A program made the position numbers and the translations under genes. From positions 11,904,001 through 11,968,000 of the forward strand of contig OX597814.1 in assembly GCA_951406725.2 (NCBI GenBank): DNA of 64,000 nt. The letters run 5' to 3'. Origin of the DNA: Octopus vulgaris. Taxonomy: Eukaryota. The notes beneath the pieces are model-generated. The model searched no databases. It was not told the DNA's origin and saw only the letters and a list, made by a program, of their open reading frames with translations. Below, piece after piece: positions 1 to 11,957 of the stretch. How positions within the stretch are numbered: position 1 is the first letter of the stretch; each line of letters opens with the position of its first letter.

Positions 1-1950
1 TGTCATTACTGCAGATGTATTTTTCCCTGCTGCAATTAGGTGAAGTCGTTGCAGTAGATTTGAGCATCAGAGTGTCTGTTGGCATATTTGCAGACGTATG
101 TTATTGGTTTTATTGAATTGCCAAATTGAATGTGTGCATTAGCTGTCTTGGTCTGTGCATTAGCTGTCTTGGTCAGAAGTGAGCAGTAGAGAACTATCCG
201 GCTGTTAAATATCACGCTGTCTAACGAAAGTTTGGAAGTTCCCATACTCTGGTCTTCTTCTGTGAGATGTACATTTACACCTGTTTGGGTTTCCTTGCTA
301 AATAGTCTTGGAAATTTGGTGAATTTGTTGTTTTCCATGGAAGGTAAACTCTTTGATACACCATAGGGACGAAGAACTATTTGGATTTAAACAATATTGG
401 AAGGTCAGCTAATATAATGGAATCAATTTGATTGGAGTGAATATTTTTTAGCCAGATGATGTATACATATAGCAGTACTCCTTCCTATTCACCATTCTCT
501 GGTATACATGTGACACATGACAGTCCAAATATTTGGTACTTAGTAATCAAACCCATCATCTTTCCCAGGTTTAAGAGGAAAACCCTGTCTGTGACATTAT
601 GCTACTGATTGTCTGATTACCCTGGAAGGACCTCTTCTTGAATTTCTTTCTATTTAAAGTGGTGTGAATGTATTGAAGGTTAACAGTAAAACTTTAAGAA
701 AGAATGTTGACCATCAGTAATCTTCCTTTAAGCTGCCCTCAAAATATCATCACCATTATTGATGTCTCTTAAATACATATAGAGTCTTCTCTCAGCCCTT
801 CTTGATTAGTTTTAATGTAGTATAGTCTGTCAGACTGTATTTTAAACTGTTGGAAGAGTTTCATTTTGATGCAGGTAGTTAAATGAATTGTCTTGAATCA
901 TGCAATGAGGTTTATGGTATTCGAAAACGATTGCCATCTTTGCCTTTGACCTGTGTATCTCATCTTTTTGATAGTAGTCTTTGCACTCCAGAATGATATC
1001 TTTTGCTATGGAGATTTCCACTCATGATGACAGACACTACATGATATTCAGATACATTGAAACAGCACATACTGTCCAGAATGCCTCTTGTAATCATCAT
1101 TGACTATTTGAAATTCTAAGGTGGGCACTGACACTCCTGGTATTACTGTTTATGCATGGACCATTTCCTGATCAAGTCAAACTCTGTACTTTGGGAGATG
1201 GTGATTTTATTTTGGATCTGTCTTCAAAAACCAGATCTCTTTGTTGGAGTGGAACTAAATCAGTTTTGGTAGAATTGTCCTTGATATTGGCTCCAAAGGA
1301 AATCATTTGGAAAGCAGAATTGTATTTTCTGATTTTCTGAGAAAGATATCTAAAATCCTCACTTGTGGCAGTAACAAGCTGTCTTAGGAGGTTTGGTAGA
1401 TTAGCATAGGTTGGTTAAATAAACATTTTAGCGCAATGAAGCCATCTCCTCTTTCCATTTTTTGGCCAAGTACATGCCACAAATTTTGTAGTTAGTGCCA
1501 ATTGAAACTATATTCCTGTCCAGGAGCATAACTGAAAACATTTCTCTTCTACTGTTCATGTATGTATAGCTGAAATCTAATCTCTCTTTGCTTTCCTCTT
1601 TGAGTTTTTTTATCTGGCCTTGTGCAGTAGTGGGCTTCCATAGTGTCTATGTGAAGCCTCTCTTGCAGCATTTTAAAAGTGAGCCTGTTGTTCATCAAGT
1701 GTCCCCAATTGGCAACCTGTCATTAGCTTTCTATTCACAGTGAGCCTAATGTTCACTTTCACTTCTGCATTTCTAGTAGGATTGAGAATTTGTTGCCTCT
1801 GTTCATTTGTTTCTGCTGTCCCCAGTGCATGCTTGCATTTGTCAGCAAAGGACATAAATGTGAGAAGTCTTTTCAGTAACTTCATTCGAGGAAACATCAT
1901 TTGGAGTGAATTGTTCATAAAAACTACATTTGGTTGAGACTGTAATTTGA
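1..1950 (-). mobile_element. Decayed Helitron RepHel (Rep region) coding sequence, running off the window start
   Basis: Collinear Helitron motifs on the minus strand across stops and frameshifts: IVSIG..KICG..LAKKWKEE (~1440-1520), KIRKYNSAFQMISFGA (~1290-1345), IKTNQEGLRE (~780-815), KEIQEEVLPG..HNVTDRVF (~580-650), MYTREW..YIIWLKNIHSNQIDSII (~410-510, HUH motif region), FPRLFSKETQTG and NSIKPITYVCKYANRHSD (ORF 36-338). Confidence 0.85.
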
Positions 1951-2042
1951 ACTTGCACCATAAAATTCAGTTTCTGTTGTACTGCTGATTATACTGATGT
2001 GATGCATCAGCTTCTGGGAAAAAATGTATCGGGTAATGGTAA

Positions 2043-2252
2043 TTAACCCTTTCATTACCAACCTGACTGAAACTGGCTCTGACTCTGAGTACAAATGTCT
2101 TGTTTTCTAAAGTTTTGAATTAAAGTCACAATTTATGTTCCTAACACTGGCTGAATGATAACTAAGATATTTTACTAATTTCTTTGTTACATTTAAAGTA
2201 ATTGAAAGAAACACAGAGCATCTCAAAATAAATACTGTAACGAAAGGGTTGA
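2043..2252. mobile_element. TTAA/piggyBac-like MITE family A
   Basis: TTAA-CCCTTTCATTAC...GTAACGAAAGGG-TTGA termini; same internal sequence as 15372 and 29614. Confidence 0.75.
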
Positions 2253-4272
2253 AGTAGGCAGTAAAATTACATCCAAGGCCAAATGTAATCTTCCTTTTAA
2301 TGAGTTATTTGCTACTCACAAATTAATAATGGAATTGCAAGTCAGAAGAGAGATATTGCAGAAATGTCATTGTAATCCTTTTTATTTGTTCACATTGTTT
2401 TGAATTAATCATGGCTTGTCTCTTAAGATTTCTACGATATGATGATTTTGTAGTGTAAGTGTGAATCAGGTCAGTTTGAGCATAAAATGGGTAGAATACT
2501 TTTGCTGGATATGGCTGGTTTAAATGCTAAAGAGTTAAATAGAAATGCAGTTGCAAATGATTTTGCAAATGCAGGTGGAATGATAAGATAGGCAAACTTA
2601 GAAGAGAAAATGACACCCAATATATACTCTGTAAAGTGGTTTGTATCCAGGAAGGGCATCCAAGCCATATGACATGTCTATAAGAGGAGCAACTTTTAAT
2701 AAGAGATGAATAGAACTGTAACAACCTATCCCACCCATACCACCATGGAAAGCGGATGTAAAATGATGGCAAGATGATTTATTGTGCTATAAAAATAAAT
2801 TTGTTTTAAGAAAATATAGTATACATTAGACTCAGATTTATGAACATGTATTTCTAGATATTTATCGAAATTACTCATATTCAAGGTCACCATAGGAATT
2901 TAGAAGATCTGGTTCTGCTTGAATTTCAAACTGAGAATACTTTATAACATTCTTATGGAAACCTATTTGTTTTCTTGAATGTCCTTTACTGTTTTTGGAT
3001 GAACAAGGTAAACTTATTCAGAGTGCTTTCCACTGTTTTCACTAAGCAGCCTTTGCTTGATTTGTTGGCAGATATGTGTGTGTGTGTGTTTCTAGTGTCA
3101 CAAAAATGTGCCATGTTCTCTCTATAAAGTTGATAATAGGAAGGACATCCAACAGCAGAAACCAACTCCAGAATGAAACACGAGCAAGATGTAATTCTCT
3201 GGTTTGTTTAGGCGAGCAGTAACTCTGAATTGGAATTGACTTGGACTATGATAACCTGTCCAGCCCATGTTAACTTGGGAGTTCAACATAAAAATGATGA
3301 TGATTGTGTCTGTATGTGATAGGCTTGCTATCCATCTTCATATCCTTAATAGCTTATCTAACATAGAGCAGTCAGTCTCAATAGTCACTCCCTTTATTGC
3401 ATTGACATTTACCCTTACGTTCTCCTCATTCAGCAGTTGCTTGTATTACCATTTCCTTGTTTCTTCTCTGCATTGGCGAGGGCAAGTGTACTGCTATTAT
3501 TCTGTACCCAATTTTTTGCTCATGATGTCCTGACTTGGACATTGTCTTGCAATGCAGAACACCTCACTTCTCTGGTCCTCATGTTTTAAAACATTGGCAT
3601 TTGTTTTACTTTTGGCTTCCTCTGCTAGATATACTTAATGTCTAACTTCTCTTCTTTCTTTACCCTTTACAGACTTTTTAAATTTTTCTGACACTGTCTA
3701 ATGCACTACTTCTTCACCATGTCACCCTCCACCTATCTAGTACTGGAACCTTGTTTCATCCACTAATCTGGCTTGTAGCTCACAATATATTGTCTAGTAG
3801 GAACTTTCTTGTAGTTTGTAAGCTATTTGTTGTTTAATTTCTTGCATTTCGGCAATTTCAACCAATCATTGACGTCTATAGAGGTGAATACAATATCTGC
3901 CGTATTTTGTTAGCAACATTTTCTGGTGGTGTCATATGAATTTGTCACTGTTATTTATGAGAAAAAAGATACCCTGTGGCCATAAACTGAGGGGTCACTC
4001 GTAAACAGAGCTGGATAACAAAACCGTTCCCTCTTTAGTGTCCACTCATAATTATGACCCTAGTATCGATCTATTGCATTTCAATCTGTTTTAGGGTTAG
4101 GTTTGGGTTAGGGTTATCATGTAGAACTCTTGGAAGTTACATACTGTTGCAGGAGCTTTTTAGCTTCAATATCTTCTTTCTCTGGTTTGTCTTCTTGTCT
4201 TTGACACTGTCTTAGTTCACTGATGATCCTCAACTTGGGATAAATTTATCTCCTGGGAGTAAACATTCAGTG

Positions 4273-4441
4273 CAGGGTCTCCAAAGTGGTTAATATCGAT
4301 CCCTGGAGGTCGATGGAACTATTCAAGGGGTTGATAAGTGCACATTTACTTAATTATTTTTTCTTGTACATGCCTGGCAGTCGATGAGGGGCCAAGGATT
4401 CCACGAAGGGGTCGATGGTCTAAATAGTTTGGGGACCCCTG
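4273..4441. mobile_element. Probable hAT-like MITE
   Basis: CAGGGTCTCCAAA...TTTGGGGACCCCTG termini; the 8-bp flanks match only partly (attcagtg / ctctagtg). Confidence 0.5.
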
Positions 4442-7400
4442 CTCTAGTGGTTAGGATGTTGCACTCACAATCATAAGATCATGGTTTTGTTTCTTGGACT
4501 AGGTGACAAGTGACCGAGATCTTTGGTTATGTACTCTGTTTGAGAAGACCTGTCAAGCCAAGTGAGATTGTAGTTTTGACTGATGCCGGGTTACATAACT
4601 GGCACCCATGCTGGTGGTACGTAAAAAGCACCCACTGCACTCTTGAAGTGGTTGGCATTAGGAAGAGCATCCAGCTGTAGAAACCATGCCAAATCAGATT
4701 GAAACCTGGTGCAGCTTCCCAGCTTACCAGTTTTCAGTCAAACCGTCCAACCCATACCAGCATGGAAAACAGATGTTAAATAATGATGATGGTATGTTGT
4801 GTTCTTGAGCTAAACACTTCATTTCACATTGCTCCAGTTTCGTCAACTGTAAATGAGTTACCTTGTGATGGGCTGATGGAGCAATGTTGTGATCACAGTT
4901 ACTTATATGGCATACAAAGTGGGTAGTTACTCTATGAGTGTGAGGACTTGAGAACATAATGTCCAGCAACGTTTAAATGGCAGGAGTAAACATATCTTAC
5001 ACACAAAAGAAAGGAAGGATTCAATAGAGTTTTTAATAAATTCTGAATGAATCCCACAGACCCATTCCCATTATTTACCGAACAAGCCTTGTTCACTTTG
5101 TGACCACATAGATATGTCATGTTGTCTTGAACGACTTTTCAACTAAATAAACTAGTAGGATTAGTGAATCAGCTGAGTTTCCTTTCATACTGCTTCTAGC
5201 ATTTTTGTTTGGTCTTGTGCATAAATAAATTACTTAGCATTGTATTGGTTTATTTTGATAGTTAACTTTTGTTCCATGATCTCCCCACTCCTACTTCATC
5301 ATAGTTTTTGTGCAAAACTTTAGTTACGAAGTTGTCCTGTTATTTTCCACTGCCTCTATGTTGGCAATGAATTTTATTTCTGCATTTTTTTTGCACAGGA
5401 ATAATGGTTTAAATGGTAAAATACATTAAACAAACTTATGTAGGTTAATGACAGAAGACTGGTTGAAAATGTCTGAATCGAGGTCTTTTCTTCACTTGGG
5501 AAAGTCTTAACATTTTTAATCAGCAGTCTACCCTGTTTTTTGGTGATCAATACATTCTAGTTGTGATCATTGTTATCTTTCTTTAGGTATAATCTTATTA
5601 GAACTACATTATTCAGTGTGTTCTTCCTCTCTTTTTGATAGCATAGCGATTTTGCCCTTCCTCTCGGAGTGGTTGGCATTAGGAAGGGCATCCAACTGTT
5701 GAAACTCTGCCAAATCAAGATTGGAGCCTGGTGCAGCCATCTGGTTCGCCAGCCCCTCAGTCAAAATCGTCCAACCCATGCTAGCATGGAAAGCGGACGT
5801 TAAACGATGATGATGATGATATGGCTACTATTTCCTCCAAAATATGCGACATCTTAGAGGCTTCTTCATTGGCTTATATACACCACTCTTTCAGTTTGAG
5901 ATTTGGTTAGTTGTTTATTATCACTATGGTACCTTTTCGAAATTTAATTATATTCTCATCAGACTTTGACCAATAGCTTAAGTATTTTCTCTCTCTTTAT
6001 TTTGATACTTTTCATTTTGTTATTTCATTTTCAGATCAGGTTTTGTTTGTCGGTCTAAGATCTAGATTGATTCAAATTACGAAACAAATATTAGTATTCC
6101 AATTTAAAGGGGAAATAAAAGTCATTGTGACTGGTAGGTAAGAGTAGAAGAAACAATTCATGGAGTGTAGCAAGAAGAAGCAGTATGTTAAGATACAAAG
6201 TTATCCTCGGATTGGAGACCTAATTTGAGTACCAACAGCTACAAGAATAACATGAACCCTGATGATGAAATAATGAAAAAAACAAAACAAAAGTAAAACA
6301 AAACTGAAATATGAAATTACTTTTTACTTAAGTCATTTGGCTCCCTCCATGCAGAGGCATTGCCCTGTAGTGCCTAGTTGAACAAATTGACCCCAATACT
6401 TATTTTTAAAATATCTGATGCTTATTCTATCAGTCTCTTTTACTGAACTGCTAAGTTGTAGTGATGTAAACAAACCAACACTGGTTGTCAAGTGGTGGGG
6501 TGAGGGACAAAGACATGCACATATGTACTTATAATATGTACACACACAGACACACACACACACACACACTCACATGTATGATGGGTTTTTGCACAATTTC
6601 CATTTTCCCAAATTCACTCACATGGCATTGTTGGCCTGGGGCTATAGTAGGAGACACTTACTCAAGGTACTGTGCAGTGTCACTGAACCCCAAATCTTGT
6701 GGTTGCAAAGCAAGCTTCTTAACCAATTATGCCCGTGCCTGGCATTTTGTGGCATTTCGTCTTTGATTTCAAAGCAAAGAAAATGGACCTAATATTTTGT
6801 AAGTTTTATTTAAGACAAGTAATTTCTGTGACAAAGTACAGCCTTGTGAATTCAAATGCTAAATATAATGAAGTTAAAGAATTCTTGGTGAGAACTTAAA
6901 TCTCTGTTTAGTGAAAATAGATATGACTTCAGATGATAAAATAAAAAAAAAAATATGTTAGTCAGAGCAAAGGTTAGTAAAAAAAAAAATGTTAGATCTG
7001 GCTAGAGGTTTAGCTTTCAGATGATACAGGATATAAAATGCATTGTTGGACCAAATTACTCTACCAATGGAATCATGGTACATTAAAGTTGATAAATGTA
7101 TTTTTATTTCTTTGTCTTGAATGTTATAGTGTGATGAAAGAAAAATGTATACATCACAACTGTTTGCTTAAATAATGTTTCTTTTCTTTTTCTTTTTTTT
7201 TTTTACTATTCTGTTTACTGGAATTTGATAATATTTCATGGAACTGTTCTGTTAATGTTGTCATCATTACCATGACAGCTGTCTGTCTGATTGAATGCCT
7301 TCATGTCAAACTGAAGCAGTTAGTTGGAAGTGTATAGCTAACAAGTTTCAATTGTGACATTACAGCTGTTATCCTGAAGTGATTTAAAAACTTTGCTGCA

Positions 7401-8214
7401 AATTTTGCTTAGTTCTCTTAGGCAAAGTATATAGCTACATGTTACTTGTGTCTACTCAGTTGAAAGATAGATGTCACATTCACTTCACTGTTGGAATCCA
7501 GCTACTGAAACATACATGCTTTCATATGTCTGTTTGCAGATGTCATTTAAACATTGTTAAGAGTAAGCATAAAAATAATCTTAACATATCAACATACCAT
7601 AATCTTAACACACTAAAAACGCAACTCAATTTTTGTTTTTTACATTAAAAGCATGCAGCAACAATATCAGCATATTCTTTTTTACTCTAGGCACAAGGCC
7701 CAAAATTTTTGGGGATTAGGCCATTTGGTTAGATCGACCCCAATACGCAACTAGTACTTAATTTATCGACCCCGAAAGGCAAAGTTGACCTTGGTGGAAT
7801 TTGAACTCAGAAAGTAAAGACAGAAAAAATACTGCTAAGCATTTCGCTCGGTGTGCTAACGTTTCTGCCAGTTCACTGCGTTAACAATATCAGCATATTA
7901 AAGGCTGAATGGTCATGTCTGGAACTGCTTCATCAAAGTTGACTTAGCTCTAAAAAACAATATCGTTTTAGAGATAAAAGTAAAATAGTTTTGAAGTTTA
8001 AATTCATTAGCAGACACAGAAATTATTTATAAATTTCTATATCTTAAAACGAGGACAATAGCATTGTTGGTTACAGGCTTCTGTTTCACTGAATTTCTGA
8101 TATTGAGGTTGACATAGAGGAATCTGAATTTCTGAAACTTGAAGAGCACTGTTTTTTTTTTGTTTTTTTTTAACCAATATACAGTGAAATATATGCAGTG
8201 TATATTTCCCAATA

Positions 8215-9268
8215 TACGGTGTGCATAGTGAAACATGGGCCATGACTGCTGAGGACATGCATAAGCTTGCAAGGAATGAAGCCAGTATGTTCCACTGGAT
8301 GTGTAATGTCAGTGTGCTTACACGACAGAGTGTAAGCGCCCTGAGAGAAAAGTTGGATTTAAGAAGCATCAGATGTGGTGTGCAAGAGAGACGACTGTGC
8401 TGGTATGGTTATGTGTTGTGAATGCTGAGTGAAAAAGTGTCACACCCTAGCAGTTGAGGGAACTTGTGGAAGAGGTAGATCCAGGAAAACCTGGGATGAG
8501 GTGGTGAAGCATGACCTTTGAACATTGGGCCTTACTGAGGCAATAACTAGTGACTTAGACCTTTGGAGATATGCTGTGCTTGAGAAGACCCGACAGGCCA
8601 TGTAAGACCATAGCCTATGACCTATGCCAGTGGGTGTAACCAGCACATTTATGAATACCCCTAATTCATTGGACAATGAACTTTGCTTGCGAAGACCTAT
8701 CGAGGCAAGTGAAATTAATTGGCACTTGTGCCAGTGGAATGTTAAAAGCACATCTGAACATGGGGTGTAACCAGCCCACTTATGAGTACCCCTCATTCAT
8801 TGGACAATAAACTTTGCTTGCGAAGACCTATTGAGGCAAGTGAAATGAAAATCAAAATCACTGACATGGCCAATGACATTACCGCTCGATTGGCACTCAT
8901 GCCAGTGGAATGTTAAAAGCACATCCAAGCGTGATCGTTGCCAGGGTCACGGATTGGCTCCCGTGCCGGTGGCATGTGAAAAACAACATTCGAGCTGGAC
9001 TGGGTCCCATGCATGTAGCACATAAAAAACTCCTTTTGAGCGTGGTCGTTGCCAGAACTGCCTGACTGGCCCTTGTGCTGGTGGTATGTAAAAGCACTCA
9101 CTACACTCTTGGAGTGGTTGGTGTTAGGAAGAGCATCCCCCTGTAGAAACTTTGCCAGATCAGATTGAGCCTGGTGCAGCCCCTGGCTCACCAGTTCTCA
9201 GTCAAACCGTCCAACCCATGCCAGCATGGAAAGTAGACATTAAACGATGACGACGACGATGATGATGA

Positions 9269-9270
<2 letters not shown>
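8215..9270 (+). mobile_element. RTE-clade LINE 3' fragment (ORF2 C-terminus plus 3' UTR ending in (GAT)n)
   Basis: SETW..., RRLCWYGYV, RGRSRKTWDEVV motifs, then the multicopy tail ggagtggttgg...ccatgctagcatggaaagcggacgttaaacgatgatg. Confidence 0.8.
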
Positions 9271-9318
<48 letters not shown>

Positions 9319-9903
9319 TAGCATGGAAAGCGGACGCTAAACGATATATGAGCACAAGAGTGATTGTGTGGTAAGAAGCTTGCTTCCAACCACATGGTTC
9401 CGGGTTCAGTCCTACTATGTGGCACCTTGGGCGAGTGACTTCTACTATAACCTTGGACTAACCAAAGCCTTGTGAGTGGATTTGGTAGACGGAAACTGAA
9501 AGAAGCCTGTCGTATATATATATATATATACATGTATGTATATACTTGTGTGTCTATATGTCCTCCCCAACCATTGCCAACCGATGTTGGCATGTTTATG
9601 TCCCTGTAACTGATAGGTTACTCTATACTTATATAGAGTATAAATTTATTACTCTTAAATCAGTATTATTGATAGTGACTTTGAAGTTTCAGTCTACTAA
9701 GCCATCATTAGCCTGGCAGCCTGACAATGTTTTGATTGGCCGAAAGTCAATGTCAGTAACATTCTTGTTAAAGAATTATATATATGTGTGTGTATGTATG
9801 TATATATCAATATAAGGGTAGCAAAAAATTCAAGAAAAATTTTTCGCCACCAGCGGTCTAGTGAGAAAGAGAAATAGTCACAGACTATATATATATATAA
9901 TTT

Positions 9904-10076
9904 CAACAATATTAAGGAATGGCCCTGATAGGCCATTTGACCTACATCTTTGATGATAAGGATAAATGTTTTTATTTCTCCTTTGGTTTCAGAATTACAA
10001 CTATTTAGCTGTTTGAGTTTGGCTGCTCTTTCTAGTGGGTCGAATGGCCTATCAGGGCCATTCCTTAATATTGTTG
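9904..10076. repeat. 41-bp inverted repeat with ~90-nt spacer between (TA)n tracts
   Basis: caacaatattaaggaatggccctgataggccatttgaccta versus its reverse complement at 10036-10076, 2 mismatches. Confidence 0.88.
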
Positions 10077-10080
10077 TATG

Positions 10081-10147
<67 letters not shown>

Positions 10148-10881
10148 GTAACGGTTGATATTTGTAAGCAGTATGATGATTTGTCGGAAATGAGCTGGTG
10201 TGACGATAATAATTTGCTGTTATAATTGCATGTTGTAAGATGTGAAAGATGCACAATGCATGAAGTTTTAAGGAAGTGTTTATTTACCGTTACGTTACAA
10301 TACCATGCCTCGACGGGCAGGTTAATAATAAATCCAAGAGCATGCGAAGTAAAGTTTGTGATTGGGTTCTCTTCATTGTTTAGTAGTAATTGCGGAGGGA
10401 GATAGAATGATGTTATAAGAGAACAGAATTAGAGCTAGAGAGAATTGTAGGGCGTTGTCTCAAGTTGCTGACAGTAAACTTCACTTCTCCCTCTGACCAA
10501 GGGTCTAGCTGGCCAGCCAGACTTCGTTCTCATTGAGTCGTCACCGACCGTGACTAAAACTGATTTTTGCTTGGGGTGTGATTGCTTATATAACTATCCA
10601 GAAGGATAGATATATCATTCAGAACAATAGATTTAGTTGGTGGTCTTGTTATCTTTATTCTAGCTTTTGGTGAAGTAGAAGAGGTTAGAAAGGGTCAAGT
10701 AGTGAAGACATTATTTCGGCCTAGCTAAAGGCATTTGGAAAATGTAAAACTGCTGTCAGAGAAAAACCATTGTTCCACCGTGGGAAAAGCTCTGTAGCAG
10801 TGTTAATTTAAATTTGGCTATGGTGGATCGAATCCATTTCATGCATGCAAGATTCACTACACACACACACACATATATATA

Positions 10882-11320
10882 TATCATCATCATCATCATC
10901 ATCATTTAACGTCCGCTTTCCATGCTAGCATGGGTTGGACGGTTCAACTGGGGTCTGGCAAGCCCGACGGCTGCACCAGGCCAGTCAGATCTGGCAGTGT
11001 TTCTACAGCTGGATGCCCTTCCTAACGCCAACCACTCCGAGAGTGTAGTGGGTGATTTTATGTGCCACCGACACAGGTGCCAGACGAGGCTGGCAGACAG
11101 CCACGCTCGGATGGTGTTTTTTATGTGCCACCGACACAGGTGCCAGACGAGGCTGGCGAACGGCCACGATCGGATGGTGTTTGTTATGTGCCCACAGCAC
11201 GGAGGCCAGTCGATGCGGTACTGGCTATGGTCCCGTTCGGATGGTTTTCTTATGTGCCACCGGCACTGGTACCACAAGGATACAAATTCCATTGATGTTC
11301 ATCTATTTTGATTTGGTTTG
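10882..11320 (-). mobile_element. RTE 3'-UTR-derived short element (one of many copies)
   Basis: Same tail seen at ~4520-4790(+), 5662-5822(+), 17965-18540(-), 18590-18775(+), 22456-22612(+), 37735-37856(+), 45597-45950(+), 51850-52205(+), 52697-52862(-), 61360-61645(+). Confidence 0.8.
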
Positions 11321-11328
11321 ATTTGATT

Positions 11329-11359
<31 letters not shown>

Positions 11360-11419
11360 TTAAATGTATATATGTATATGACAGTTTCTGTTTGGTTTAT
11401 TCCACTAACAAAATATTCA

Positions 11420-11643
11420 TTAACCCTTTAGCATTCAGAATATTACATCAAATGTATTGCTTAATTGTTCACATTGCTTTGAATTGCGAATTATCTCTTT
11501 GTTTTAAGATTTTAATGATATGAGTGTTTATTTTTAGAATGACAATGTAGAGTAGGTGTAAGATTCTGAACCTGGTCAGTCTGAACAAAAAAAAAAAAAC
11601 ATATTTGGGCTGTATATAGCCAGTTTGAATGCTGATGGGTTAA
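11420..11643. mobile_element. TTAA/piggyBac-like MITE family B
   Basis: TTAACCCTTTAGCATTC...GAATGCTGATGGGTTAA, ~224 bp. Confidence 0.7.
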
Positions 11644-11860
11644 CCTGTGTTTATGGTAGAAGATTCTTGTCCAGGGGGCGCTGCAGAGTGGAAGTGAACC
11701 TGGAAGCAGATGTTGGGTGAAACAAACTTGTTGGCCCTGCTTAAATTATCAAATGCAATTTTGTACTGTCTCTATGTAAAGTATAATTTAACATTAACAT
11801 GTTCACTTGAAATATTTGTCTTTGTTGATTGACGTGACTCTTTTTTATATTTTTATTTAG

Positions 11861-11957
11861 ATATTTGCCGAGTGTGTCGGTCAGAGGGGACCCCTGACAA
11901 ACCCCTTTACCACCCATGTGTGTGTACAGGAAGTATCAAGTTCATACACCAGGATTG
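11861..11957 (+). CDS. MARCHF6: MARCHF6 exon, RING-CH N-half ([33 protein letters not shown])
   Basis: ttttatttag acceptor, gtaagt donor, 97 nt, phase 1 to phase 2. Confidence 0.96.

Noticed and set aside
430-1100. LINE reverse transcriptase (DYK..AF, FQG-like words on the minus strand)
   Set aside because: The same region fits many more collinear Helitron Rep motifs.
4219-4250. Hammerhead-like CTGATGA-tcc...gga
   Set aside because: It is followed by TAAA rather than GAAA and no stems I or III are evident.
1951-11860. MARCHF6 first coding exon and promoter
   Set aside because: No convincing ATG-containing phase-1 exon or promoter was found; it probably lies upstream of the window or is too short to recognise.
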